Shown: positions 38,301-46,316 of the stretch, one piece after another
Numbering within the stretch: the stretch's first letter is position 1
Layout: every line of letters starts with the position of its first letter
Source: Patescibacteria group bacterium
GTDB lineage: Bacteria > Patescibacteriota > Minisyncoccia > UBA6257 > GWB1-50-10
DNA length: 64,000 bases
Reading direction: 5' to 3'
Assembly: GCA_038065455.1 (NCBI GenBank)
Contig: JBBTQX010000004.1
Location: forward strand, 5,157-69,156
Position numbers and translations under genes: made by a program
Notes under the pieces: model-generated
Databases searched by the model: none
Told to the model about the DNA's origin: nothing
What the model saw: the letters and a program-made list of their open reading frames with translations, nothing else

Positions 38301-39172
38301 TCCGCGTGCAGAAGCGCGGCGGCAAGGGTCTTATCGGTTCCGATCTCAAGGATGAAGACTTGATCAACCAACTCCTTTCGGCCGACACGCACGATAACAT
38401 TATCTTCTTCACGACCGGCGGAAAAGCCTTTCAAACAAAAGTTTACGAAATACCGGTGGCCGCTCGCACCGCGAAAGGCAAATCAATCCATAACTTCTTG
38501 GAGATTCCGCCGAACGAAAAAGTGAGTGCGATTGTCACCTATCCGCAGGCGCACGCCGACGGCAAGCACTTTATGGTAATGGTGACGAAAAGCGGCGTGG
38601 TGAAGAAAACCCCATTGGCGGATTTCGAAAATGTCCGCCGGAGCGGCATCATCGCCATCAAATTGAGCGCGGGCGACATTCTGGGCTGGATAAAGCTTTC
38701 CGAAGGCGATGATCAGATAATCCTCGTAAGCGCTCTCGGACAGGCTATCCGTTTCAAGGAAAAAGACATTCGGGGTATGGGTCGCGCGGCCGCGGGCGTA
38801 CGCGCCATCCATCTCAAGAAAAGCGACAGCGTGAGCGGGCTTGATATAATAAAGAAAGAGAATTCGGACAAATCAAGAATGGTGGCGGTGATGGCGAATG
38901 GCTTCGCTAAACAGACGGCGCTCAAAGAGTATAAAATCCAGCGCCGGGGCGGCTCGGGAACAAAGACGGCCAAGATTACGGATAAGACGGGGCCGGTCAT
39001 CGGAGCGCATATCGTGGACGATAAAGTAGAGGAGGTGTTGGCTTTTTCGACTAAGGGCCAAGCCATCCGGACACCGCTCAAAGATATCAGAGTATTGAGC
39101 CGCGCCACGCAAGGGGTGAAGATTATGAACCTGGAAAAGGGGGATAATCTGGTGGGAATAGTGTGCTTATAG
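35336..39172 (+). CDS. gyrA: DNA gyrase subunit A containing an intein
   Basis: The N-extein reads ..[22 protein letters not shown] 449-aa intein follows. The C-extein reads [11 protein letters not shown].., then the GyrA core and the beta-pinwheel C-terminal domain. The extein is 829 aa. Confidence 0.9.
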   Translation: MNKEKEIPEERRDKIQAQEITSELRDSYLDYAMSVIVSRALPDVRDGLKPVQRRILWAMWDDSLTHSAKFRKSANVVGAVLGRYHPHGDIALYDAMARMAQDFSLRYPLVDGQGNWGSIDGDSPAAMRYCVTGNTLIITEKGLVPIESLGDSKNLDGEEKNIQIKILSKNRGVNKAVKWFDSGRHPTIKVETNHGFSLTGSENHPILTWIKNPATGAPSFSWKLLNDVKEGDFAVIERTSDLLWPEKNINLASYWPNENRRWDKKILPRELDENLAFVLGALIAEGTIKENEIEFCNSDPEFIDEFKAKWRNVFPDCRLHQFYRKPNSFGKKPYQTLEIHSRQVAALLRNVGLLPVKSAKKTIPNLVLQSPKSVVASFLRAYFEGDGSISWSGRMNELSAVSTSEKLIKEIQIALLRFGIVSAKRFDRLKSNHKLYIRGLKNYALFKKQVDFAVSVKKTKLNGLLEKTERDSSLTDFVPFLSEFIRKNTERDYKKERITNHYNFDRYSNLKNREAGILTAVRSEIKTKTAGVLESLLSNNYLFDPIVKVEKGGIEKVYSVKVASDCHSFVANGFINHNTEARLSRIAEELLTDIEKETVDWQPNYDATREEPKFLPARLPNLLLNGTVGIAVGMATSIPPHNLGEIADATAHLIEHPDADIKELMQFMPGPDFPTGGIIYDKKALEEAYTTGKGSVTIRAKAEIEERTHSKHTGQASSGSFQIIISEIPYQVNKSDLITKMAELVTDKKIEGIRDIRDESDREGLRIVVELKNDSSPQKILNQLYEYTELQKNFYYNVLALVNGLQSEILSLKDVLSEYLEHRKIVIRRRTEFDLKKAQDRAHILEGLVKALDNIDKIISTIKKSRDRETAKQSLVKNFKLSPLQADAILEMKLQSLAALERERLENELKEKRKLIAELELILKQPKRILGIIKDDLLDLKKIFADPRRTKIIATGLKEFKEEDLIPQEEAIITFTQDGYVKRMPPTTFRVQKRGGKGLIGSDLKDEDLINQLLSADTHDNIIFFTTGGKAFQTKVYEIPVAARTAKGKSIHNFLEIPPNEKVSAIVTYPQAHADGKHFMVMVTKSGVVKKTPLADFENVRRSGIIAIKLSAGDILGWIKLSEGDDQIILVSALGQAIRFKEKDIRGMGRAAAGVRAIHLKKSDSVSGLDIIKKENSDKSRMVAVMANGFAKQTALKEYKIQRRGGSGTKTAKITDKTGPVIGAHIVDDKVEEVLAFSTKGQAIRTPLKDIRVLSRATQGVKIMNLEKGDNLVGIVCL
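35723..37069 (+). other. GyrA intein with LAGLIDADG homing endonuclease domain, inserted after the catalytic Tyr
   Basis: It begins CVTGNTLI (Cys1). [14 protein letters not shown] and [12 protein letters not shown] are the LAGLIDADG blocks. It ends ..VANGFINHN, followed by Thr at +1. It sits at the same site as the Mxe GyrA intein. Confidence 0.85.
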
Positions 39173-39176
39173 AATT

Positions 39177-40394
39177 ATGAATTTATCAAAAAACCAATTA
39201 ATAATCACAGTTGCTGTCGGGGTGGTGATATTGATATTTGCGCTGGTTTTTTCGGGCATTATTCCCGGCCTCCAGAATAAAACAACGGACTCGACAAAAA
39301 TAAATGCGACTTTGAGTTTCTGGGGAATTGGAGATATGAAAGACGCTTATGTAGGCATTTTCGGTTCTTTCAAAACAACCTATCCAAATGTTACGGTGAA
39401 TTACCGCGCTTTTACGGACGGCGCCGAATACGACACCGCGCTCCTTGAAGCGCTCGCGGCCGGCCAGGGCCCTGATATTTTTATGGTTCGGAACACGGAT
39501 CTCCCGAAACAAATAAACAAAATTGCGCCCTTTCCTCAAACACAGATTGCCGCCGCGCAATTCAAGCAATATTTCCCGCAGGCCGCAGGTCAGGACTTCA
39601 CGTTGGGTCAAAATGTTTATGCCTTACCGCTCTCAATAGACACGCTCGCGCTTGTTTATAATCGCGATATCTTCGACCAGGCGGCGATGCCGCTTCCGAC
39701 GAGCTGGCAAAGCTGGGAGGATTTCACGGCCGCGGCCTCCAAATTGGAAGCCAAAACTGAAACCAACGACCTTCTCTATCTCCTTATGATGCAGAACGGA
39801 ACGAAACTTTCGGACAATAGCGGCAAAGGACTAGTGTCTTTCGCCTCTCCGAACGGCGTCCAAGCTTTGAACTTTTATTCTCCGCTTTATAAAGCAGGAG
39901 CAATCGACGATTTCAGCCAGGGTAAGACAGCGATGACTTTTGCTTACGCGCGCGACCTTCCGCGAATAGCGTTAAAGAACGGGTTTTTGAACTTTGCCGT
40001 CGCGCCCGTACCTCAACCGAAGAACGCCGCGCTCTCAATTTCGTATCCGAGTTATTGGGGCTATGCCGTTTCGCGCCAAAGTCCGAACCAAGCACTCGCC
40101 TGGAATTTCATAATCGCGATGGCGGTGAACGAGGCGACGGCAAAAGATTATGTCGAAAAAACAGGCAATCCGCCGACCTTGAACTCGCTTATTTATAAAT
40201 ATCAAAATGACCCCGCCCTCGGCGTTTTCGCGAGACAGGCCCTGACCGCCCGCTCTTGGTACCAAGCGGACGCCGAATTCATAAACAAAACCGTTTCGGG
40301 TATGATTAATTCATTCGCAAAGGGCGGAATCCAAGCAATAGAAGCCTTAAATCAGGCTCAAAGCGCCATCAACCAATCTTTGAATAAAAGATAA
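39177..40394 (+). CDS. extracellular solute-binding protein-like (SBP family 1), N-terminally anchored
   Basis: An N-terminal TM helix is followed by a sugar-type SBP-like fold (FWGIGDMKDAYVGIF.., ..DIFMVRNTD). Confidence 0.45.
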   Translation: MNLSKNQLIITVAVGVVILIFALVFSGIIPGLQNKTTDSTKINATLSFWGIGDMKDAYVGIFGSFKTTYPNVTVNYRAFTDGAEYDTALLEALAAGQGPDIFMVRNTDLPKQINKIAPFPQTQIAAAQFKQYFPQAAGQDFTLGQNVYALPLSIDTLALVYNRDIFDQAAMPLPTSWQSWEDFTAAASKLEAKTETNDLLYLLMMQNGTKLSDNSGKGLVSFASPNGVQALNFYSPLYKAGAIDDFSQGKTAMTFAYARDLPRIALKNGFLNFAVAPVPQPKNAALSISYPSYWGYAVSRQSPNQALAWNFIIAMAVNEATAKDYVEKTGNPPTLNSLIYKYQNDPALGVFARQALTARSWYQADAEFINKTVSGMINSFAKGGIQAIEALNQAQSAINQSLNKR

Positions 40395-40399
40395 TAATT

Positions 40400-40774
40400 A
40401 TGAATAATTTCTCGGCCGCTATTTTCGACATTTGGAAGGGCGCTAGTTGCGGCGCTTCCGTTCCGATAACGTCCGGCAGTGGGCCAGCCGGCCCGTGCAG
40501 TCTCTGCGATGGCCTCCAGGTGGCGATAAATATAGTGAACGGCCTTACGACGGCCGCCATCGTCATCGCGACGGCGATGATAATCTATGGCGCGGTCCGC
40601 CTAATGCTCTCGGGCGGCTCGGAACAAATGTTTAAAGACGCAAAAGGCACTATCACGAGTGCTGTTATCGGGCTCGCTATCGTCCTCGGCGCCTGGCTTA
40701 TAATAAACACCGTCATCCATATCATCTCGGGCAATGTTAATTTCCCTTGGGCGAGCATTAAGTGTTTAATATAA
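40400..40774 (+). CDS. VirB2/TrbC-like pilin family protein (paralog 1)
   Basis: It has a leader peptide, then two hydrophobic helices separated by a SGGSEQMFKDAKG loop (IIYGAVRLMLSGG...). This is the VirB2-like topology. Confidence 0.5.
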   Translation: MNNFSAAIFDIWKGASCGASVPITSGSGPAGPCSLCDGLQVAINIVNGLTTAAIVIATAMIIYGAVRLMLSGGSEQMFKDAKGTITSAVIGLAIVLGAWLIINTVIHIISGNVNFPWASIKCLI

Positions 40775-41163
40775 ATAAAATGTTCAAAAAAATTATTTCA
40801 ATTGTGAGCCTAACAGCCTTCTTGTTGGTTTTATCGGTTGCGACGATTGCATCTGCTCAAAATCCTCAACCTCCTCCCCCTAGTGGTTTAATTAATCCAC
40901 TTTGCCCCGCAGGTAATCCGAATTGCGCCCGCTCCGACGCCGAAGGCCTCTTAAATTCCATCGTAAGCTGGCTTTTGATAATCGCAACTCCGATTGCAGT
41001 CGGAATGATAATTTACGGCGCTTTCCAGATGATTTTCGCCGGCGGCGACCCGGAAAAATTCAAGAACGGCAAGATGACGATTCTTTACACGGCAATCGGC
41101 TATGGTATAATCCTGATAGGTGAGGGTATCACCCTGATAATCAAGGACGTTCTGAGCAAATAA
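40762..41163 (+). CDS. VirB2/TrbC-like pilin family protein (paralog 2)
   Basis: The signal peptide ends ..ASA. The core reads MIIYGAFQMIFAGGDPEKFKNGKMTILYTAIGYGIIL. Confidence 0.55.
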   Translation: MFNINKMFKKIISIVSLTAFLLVLSVATIASAQNPQPPPPSGLINPLCPAGNPNCARSDAEGLLNSIVSWLLIIATPIAVGMIIYGAFQMIFAGGDPEKFKNGKMTILYTAIGYGIILIGEGITLIIKDVLSK

Positions 41164-41201
41164 GATACCCCATAAAAGGTCGCTTTTAGATATAAATAAA
41201 A

Positions 41202-41546
41202 ATGATAAAAAATAAAAAATTGATTAGCGGAGTTGCGTTTCTGGTTGTTTTATTGCCAGTTCTGGCTTTTGCTCAAATTTCTGGTCTCCCGGTTCAAATC
41301 ACGTCGGTAACTGAGGCTAGCACCAGATTAGGAGCCATTGTGGGTTTTTTCGTGATTTTATTTTGGGTTCTCACCGTTGCCATGTTAATCTGGGCTGCCA
41401 TAATTTATCTCACAGCCGGTGGCGATGAGGAAAAATTAAAGGAGGCTAAGAGCCGGATAATCTATGCCGTAATAGCGGCCGCTATCGCCTTACTATCTAC
41501 CAGTCTGAAATCCATTGTTACAAATCTAATCGGTGGTACCAGTTAA
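41202..41546 (+). CDS. VirB2/TrbC-like pilin family protein (paralog 3)
   Basis: The signal peptide ends ..AFA. The core reads IWAAIIYLTAGGDEEKLKEAKSRIIYAVIAAAIAL. Confidence 0.55.
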   Translation: MIKNKKLISGVAFLVVLLPVLAFAQISGLPVQITSVTEASTRLGAIVGFFVILFWVLTVAMLIWAAIIYLTAGGDEEKLKEAKSRIIYAVIAAAIALLSTSLKSIVTNLIGGTS

Positions 41547-41568
41547 TCGGGTTTTATAGATACTAAAA

Positions 41569-41597
41569 AACACTCTCACAAAGGAGGGTGTTTTTTT
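41569..41597 (+). terminator. rho-independent terminator
   Basis: The hairpin ACACTCTC-acaaag-GAGGGTGT is followed by TTTTTTT. Confidence 0.6.
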
Positions 41598-41627
41598 TAC
41601 AACAGTTAAAGTAATATAATATGTAAT

Positions 41628-41921
41628 ATGTTCAATAAAATCGTCACTGTGGTTTTTGCCGCAGATCCCCCAATAAAATCTATAACGGATGTGGAAAACA
41701 CTCTAGTCAAGATTGTAAATTTGATGTTTGGGATATTTTGGATAATTGCGGTCGTCGTTATTATTTGGGCCGCTTTTACGTTCCTTACGGCTGGCGATGA
41801 CAAAGAAAAGGTGGAGAAAGCTAAAAAGATTCTCCTTTACGCTTTGATCGCTGCCACTGTGGCGCTTTTAGCAAATAGCATTGGTCCGGTTTTGAGCAAT
41901 CTTCTTGGTGGAATATCCTAA
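41628..41921 (+). CDS. VirB2/TrbC-like pilin family protein (paralog 4)
   Basis: The core reads IIWAAFTFLTAGDDKEKVEKAKKILLYALIAATVALL. Confidence 0.5.
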   Translation: MFNKIVTVVFAADPPIKSITDVENTLVKIVNLMFGIFWIIAVVVIIWAAFTFLTAGDDKEKVEKAKKILLYALIAATVALLANSIGPVLSNLLGGIS

Positions 41922-43254
41922 GATAATTGGAGTTATGTTAACGAATATTTTTCAAAAACAATTAATTAAAATTGTTTTTTTCTCACTAATTATAATTAGT
42001 GCCTTAGCACATATCTATAAAATAAATTTGCCTGCAATTCCAGTCTTTGACGAGTCTTATTTTTCCACCTTTGCCGCCCAGAACGCCCTCGGCGAACCCT
42101 ACTTCGATATTCATCCTCCGCTCGGCAGACTAATATTTACCCTTCCGTTATTTTCAAAAAGCCGGGAAGCGCTTAAAGATGCGGACTTTGTAAGAACATA
42201 CCGAAGCCCGACGAGCAGCCAAATAATAACTGACTATAGGCCGGGGAGTTATAAAAGTTTTCCTTATTTGGATTTGAGATTAATAAGTGTTCTTTCGGGT
42301 TTGGCATTTCTTTCGGCGCTTTTCTTTTTCATCCGGGAGCTGGCAGGGGACAAGGTCGCTCTTCTTGCAATGTTTCTTGCAGCTTTGGAAAATGCGCTTC
42401 TGCTCCATACCCGCCTCATCTTAATGGATGGAATGTATCTGGCGCTCGGTTTATTCGGCCTCTACTTCTTCGTTAGAAAATATCCGAAACCTATTCTGGG
42501 CGGGTTGTTATTCGGCGCGGCCTTGGCTGTAAAACTCACTGCCATTGCCCTTATTGGGCCGGCTCTGGTTCTATGGATGCTTTCGGGCGACAAAAAAACA
42601 GCCGGAAAAAACTTTTTGAAATTCTGTCTTATATCTTTTGGAACTCTCCTGGTACTCTGGTTTTCCATAAACACCCTGCTTTCCCCCCCCGGAGAAAGGC
42701 TCGCCTCATTCAATGAAATTATGGGGACTAGCCTCGCGCCTGCTTTCTGGACGCCGATAATAATGTTTTTGAAAGATATTTTAGTATCATTCGTCGGTTA
42801 TACTTTCGGCGGAAATAACCCAATGATGAGCCCGTGGTATTTTTGGCCCATTCTTTTAGGAACTATCCATTACGATAATTCAGGGATGAACATAAGACTT
42901 GTCGGCAATATTTTCGTCTGGTATCTTTCAACACTCGCGGTTCTCGCGGCAATCGTGAAGTTCGCGAGAGACGGGATAAAAAAAATCAGCTTGAGCGAAG
43001 AATACAAACCGGCGCTTATCCTGCTTGGCGGATATATATTCGCCCTGGTTCCGTTTTTTACGATAATCCGCCGAGCGACTTTCCTGTACCACTACTTCCC
43101 CGCGCTTGCTTTTGCCATCGGTCTTGCGGCCTTTTTTATAATAAAATTCCTTGAGAATAAATCTAAGGGAATAAAAAACACGGCTATTTCCGCGATAATA
43201 ATTCTCACCGTCATCGGTTTCATCGTTTCCGCTCCCTATACCTACGGTTTATAA
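41905..43254 (+). CDS. PMT/ArnT-like (GT39/GT83) membrane glycosyltransferase
   Basis: VFDESYFSTFA...DIHPPLGRLIF matches the DE...HPPLGK signature of protein O-mannosyltransferase-like enzymes. It has about ten TM segments. Confidence 0.6.
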   Translation: MVEYPKIIGVMLTNIFQKQLIKIVFFSLIIISALAHIYKINLPAIPVFDESYFSTFAAQNALGEPYFDIHPPLGRLIFTLPLFSKSREALKDADFVRTYRSPTSSQIITDYRPGSYKSFPYLDLRLISVLSGLAFLSALFFFIRELAGDKVALLAMFLAALENALLLHTRLILMDGMYLALGLFGLYFFVRKYPKPILGGLLFGAALAVKLTAIALIGPALVLWMLSGDKKTAGKNFLKFCLISFGTLLVLWFSINTLLSPPGERLASFNEIMGTSLAPAFWTPIIMFLKDILVSFVGYTFGGNNPMMSPWYFWPILLGTIHYDNSGMNIRLVGNIFVWYLSTLAVLAAIVKFARDGIKKISLSEEYKPALILLGGYIFALVPFFTIIRRATFLYHYFPALAFAIGLAAFFIIKFLENKSKGIKNTAISAIIILTVIGFIVSAPYTYGL

Positions 43255-43269
43255 GAATTAAAAAAAACA

Positions 43270-43308
43270 GAGCCTCAACTCTGAATATTTCGGAGCGAGG
43301 CTCTTTGA
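43270..43308. terminator. bidirectional rho-independent terminator
   Basis: The hairpin is AGAGCCTC-aactctgaatatttcggagc-GAGGCTCT, with an A-run upstream and T-rich sequence downstream. It lies between convergent genes. Confidence 0.55.
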
Positions 43309-43368
43309 ATCTACAAACTAAAACTTGTAACTTACAACCGGGTCTTATGACCTCATTCCGAAAACCAG

Positions 43369-44256
43369 CTAATTCCAAGCTATTGAAGTGGCATCTACAT
43401 CACCGTCAAGCGCCGTCATCCAAAAGATGGCTTGCCGCTCAACTTTACCGCTTAAGCTTTTTCCAATGTCCACCGTATCAGTGGACCCATTTTGAAATTT
43501 AACAAGCGTTCTTCCGGTAACAATCACGTCAACCATACGTCGGTAATTATAATTGTAAAGATCTATCTTTTCGCTCCGCACGCCTTTTGTAAGGTGTATC
43601 GGAAAAGAAATCAGATCTTTTTTCTCCGGCTCTGTAGGGATGTTCGCAACGGAATTCTGATAAATTACCGTTGCTACAACCGGCGATTGTTTCACCGATG
43701 TAGTATCTAACAGCCAACCTGCCGTCTTCCCATCCCATCTGCTTACCGCCCCACCAACAGCATTTAAAGTTGATGGAATAACCGCGTACAAGAAGAAAAG
43801 AATTGTAATCCCGATTGCCAGAAAAGTTAACACACTTCTGGAACTGGTCACGAATTTTTCCATCCCATAGGGATCATACGATGGAAGAAATATTAATGCC
43901 AGAATAACAAGTAAAAATACCGGAATCAGTGATACAACACTTGTTATTGGAACTATTACCAAATAAAGAGCGAATAATAATTCGAATCCCAGCACCAATC
44001 CAATCAATGTCAGAAGACGCCTTCCTCCACTTATCAGTGCAACAGCGCCAATTAGCAGGGGATCAGCCACAACCATAAAGAATAGGAGAATCCCAATTAA
44101 AGCGAATGTGACTGTAAGCCATGGATATCCAAATAATGCGACGATAACAATTAAAAACGGATACAAAAAAGAGATAATAATTGCTATCTTTAAAATTAAC
44201 CAAACCATTAGTACCTGTGGGGTACGGAAAATTTCTACTATTGTTCTCATTGCCAT
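43369..44256 (-). CDS. hypothetical polytopic membrane protein (295 aa)
   Basis: It has at least five TM helices and a hydrophilic C-terminal domain. It overlaps the upstream ORF by 10 nt, so the two are probably an operon. Confidence 0.45.
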   Translation of the reverse strand: MAMRTIVEIFRTPQVLMVWLILKIAIIISFLYPFLIVIVALFGYPWLTVTFALIGILLFFMVVADPLLIGAVALISGGRRLLTLIGLVLGFELLFALYLVIVPITSVVSLIPVFLLVILALIFLPSYDPYGMEKFVTSSRSVLTFLAIGITILFFLYAVIPSTLNAVGGAVSRWDGKTAGWLLDTTSVKQSPVVATVIYQNSVANIPTEPEKKDLISFPIHLTKGVRSEKIDLYNYNYRRMVDVIVTGRTLVKFQNGSTDTVDIGKSLSGKVERQAIFWMTALDGDVDATSIAWN

Positions 44257-44828
44257 TCTCCTTTCTTTTCACCTCTGAATTTTCTTAACCAATTTGCGGC
44301 ATTTTTATCCGCCTCATTGAAGCTTTCCCAAAAACCTTTTCCTTTGGGTTTGTCGTCAGCAATAACCGGTTCTTCTTTCTTACCGAAGAAGATATCATCA
44401 AAGAGTTGGAGCTCTTTCTTTATCTTCTCCGCTTCTTTTTCCATGTCCATATCACCGGCTTTTTCCAGACGTTCGAATATTTTACCAACAAAAGCTGCTC
44501 TAGTGCTTTCTGCGGCTTTAGAGGAAATATCCTTTTTTTGTTTTTTTCCAGACACGTCTCCTTCTTTTTTGTTATCCAGTCTATCTGAAACATATTCCAA
44601 AAAATCGGAGCTTTTTTCCATTATCGCCGAAAGAAATGGATTAGAAACTTTCTCTGCTCTTCCTTCTATCCAACTGGTAAAAAGATCGAAACCTCTCTTT
44701 AAGATAGGGTTATTTCTTAATTTACTATCCTCCGGGATAAATTTTTCAACGAACAAGTCGGCAAGTTTTTCCAACTCTGTATTGAAGAAACTCAATGCCT
44801 CATTTACGTGTTGTTTTTTAACAGCCAT
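44247..44828 (-). CDS. hypothetical protein (193 aa), Lys/Glu-rich
   Basis: A strong Shine-Dalgarno sequence (GGAAAGGAG) and a promoter lie upstream. The gene is in a low-GC region. No recognisable motif was found. Confidence 0.45.
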   Translation of the reverse strand: MAVKKQHVNEALSFFNTELEKLADLFVEKFIPEDSKLRNNPILKRGFDLFTSWIEGRAEKVSNPFLSAIMEKSSDFLEYVSDRLDNKKEGDVSGKKQKKDISSKAAESTRAAFVGKIFERLEKAGDMDMEKEAEKIKKELQLFDDIFFGKKEEPVIADDKPKGKGFWESFNEADKNAANWLRKFRGEKKGEWQ

Positions 44829-44904
44829 TTTTACATCTCCTTTCCTTCCTTTCGGAAGAATCTAGTTATAAGTTAGTTATTTATTATGACAATATTCTGC
44901 TTAT

Positions 44905-44933
44905 ATCTTAGCATAGAACAAATTAGTTGTCAA
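44905..44933 (-). promoter_or_regulatory. sigma70-type promoter TTGACA-17-TAAGAT (minus strand)
   Basis: The -35 is the reverse complement of tgtcaa at 44928-44933. The -10 is the reverse complement of atctta at 44905-44910. Confidence 0.5.
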
Positions 44934-44950
44934 TTACTCGTAAGGCACAT

Positions 44951-45326
44951 TCAACCCTCAAGTGCAACACTCATCACCTCCTGGGGTGTTCTCCACCCCA
45001 GACGTTTTCTTGGTCTTGAATTTAATGCGCGTTCGACATACGCGATATCTTCTTCCTGTATCATAGTGAAATCAGTCTTCTTGGGGAAGTAGTCTCGGAT
45101 GAGGCCATTCGTGTTTTCGTTCGTGAGCCAGACGAGGGGTATATACTCTGCGCTCCCCGGGAAAGTTTCTCTGCAGCTCCCTGGAGACTGACGATGGAGA
45201 GCGATTCAAAACAAAAGCAATAGAACGGACCGATTCCCTTTTCCACCTCATCACCTGAATGATTTCCCTCTCTTCGATTGAAAAATGTTGATATGACATA
45301 CACTTCATTTTACCGAAGTGTTGCAC
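44951..45326 (-). pseudogene. IS30-family transposase pseudogene (core deleted, frameshifted)
   Basis: The evidence is as for the element above. The two homologous segments are in different reading frames and together cover about 145 of the roughly 340 aa expected. Confidence 0.65.
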
Positions 45327-45335
45327 TTACTTGTT
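44951..45335 (-). mobile_element. internally deleted IS30-family element (remnant) with 12-13 bp terminal inverted repeats
   Basis: The inverted repeats are AAGTGCAACACT at 44959-44970 and AGTGTTGCACTT at 45320-45331. The transposase N-terminal helix-turn-helix region (HFSIEEREIIQ..RSPSSVSRELQRN) is present. The C-terminal tail (PLVWLTNENTNGLIRDYFPKK..LNSRPRKRLGWRTPQEV) is present in a different frame. The DDE catalytic core is missing. Confidence 0.7.
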
Positions 45336-45385
45336 GAACTAACTAAATCGCGGTATTATGCGATAAATAAAGGGTATTTTAGCAT

Positions 45386-45469
45386 GGGCAGGTGGCGAAA
45401 TTGGCAGACGCACCAACTTTAGGAGTTGGCGATCGCAAGGTCTTGTGGGTTCAAGTCCCACCCTGCCCA
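45386..45469 (+). tRNA. tRNA-Leu (anticodon UAG), type II with long variable arm
   Basis: The acceptor stem is GGGCAGG/CCTGCCC. The anticodon arm is CCAAC-TTTAGGA-GTTGG. The long variable arm is CGATCGCAAGGTCTT. The T-arm is GTGGG-TTCAAGT-CCCAC. Confidence 0.85.
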
Positions 45470-45496
45470 CTAGATAATTATTAATTCTCCGTATTG

Positions 45497-45530
45497 GGGC
45501 CTGAAACCGATTATTTATCGGTTTGTTTTT
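45497..45530 (+). terminator. rho-independent terminator after tRNA-Leu
   Basis: The hairpin AAACCGAT-tattt-ATCGGTTT is followed by GTTTTTGTT. Confidence 0.55.
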
Positions 45531-45550
45531 GTTCCTATGTTTTATCATTA

Positions 45551-45584
45551 CTATCCTATTTATCCGACCGGATAAATAGGATAG
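45551..45584. promoter_or_regulatory. 15-4-15 perfect palindrome CTATCCTATTTATCC-gacc-GGATAAATAGGATAG (operator-like)
   Basis: It lies downstream of the PaaX-like gene at 45644..46231. A related ATCCTATC-ggaaa-GATAGGAT palindrome lies upstream of the same gene. Confidence 0.5.
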
Positions 45585-45643
45585 TAAGAAGACAAAATAA
45601 AAAACGTGGAAATAACAATATTGGAAATCGGCAAAAACGAATC

Positions 45644-46231
45644 TTAGTTGATTTGTTTTAAACTTCCCGCCTTGCTGATTTCAAAAATTTCGACAAAATC
45701 AACCATATTAAACTTATCCAAATCATCGATGAATTGTTTTGGGATTTTTACTTTGCCAACCCATACGCTTTTCTGAATCATTTTCAAGTCCAGGTTTTTT
45801 AAAACTTCTCTAATCCAGGCTCGCTTTGATCTTTCTTTTTCCGGAATATCGAAAACAACAATGGTAAATTGACCCTTTTCTTTCGAATAGCTCATAGGCC
45901 GAGGCAATCTTTTTATATTATCCAATTTCAATTTTTCAAGTTTTTCTTTTCCTTTTCCGGTAATGGAGAAGAAATTTGTCTTGTTTCTCGCTTCAACTTT
46001 TATAAGGCCGTCTTCTTTTAGTTTATAAAGAAGGTTGTAATATTTTTGTTTAATTTCCGCTTCTTTTTTTCTTCCGGCTCTATCGTCTTTTATTTTATAT
46101 GTCTCGTGTTCCATTCTACCAATGGAGGCACCGTAACCGGCATTCAAGAAAGCATTGAAAAAATCAAAACTATTAATTGTCATATCTCCTAAAACCTCCA
46201 AAACCTTCAATAAAATATCTCCTTTAGCCAT
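45644..46231 (-). CDS. PaaX-like transcriptional regulator family protein
   Basis: FTIVVFDIPEKERSKRAWIREVLKNLDLKMIQKSVWVG resembles the PaaX C-terminal domain pattern W.G.W.lv..ipe..R..R..lr..L...Gf..lq.SVw. It is a paralog of the gene at 55294..55863. Confidence 0.5.
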   Translation of the reverse strand: MAKGDILLKVLEVLGDMTINSFDFFNAFLNAGYGASIGRMEHETYKIKDDRAGRKKEAEIKQKYYNLLYKLKEDGLIKVEARNKTNFFSITGKGKEKLEKLKLDNIKRLPRPMSYSKEKGQFTIVVFDIPEKERSKRAWIREVLKNLDLKMIQKSVWVGKVKIPKQFIDDLDKFNMVDFVEIFEISKAGSLKQIN

Positions 46232-46254
46232 ATTTTTATTATACTATCTTATTA

Positions 46255-46275
46255 ATCCTATCGGAAAGATAGGAT
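46255..46275. promoter_or_regulatory. palindrome ATCCTATC-ggaaa-GATAGGAT overlapping the -35 region of the PaaX-like gene promoter
   Basis: It is followed on the minus strand by TAGTATAAT and an AAGGAG Shine-Dalgarno before the ATG at 46231. Confidence 0.5.
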
Positions 46276-46316
46276 AGTGATTCTATTAATAAAATAAATA
46301 GAAGAATATCTTCTTA

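Noticed and set aside
40400-41921. The four small paralogs read as type IV (PilA-like) pilins
   Set aside because: No class III signal with the G/FTLIE prepilin motif is present. The topology of a cleavable signal, two helices and a GG loop fits VirB2/TrbC-like pilins better.
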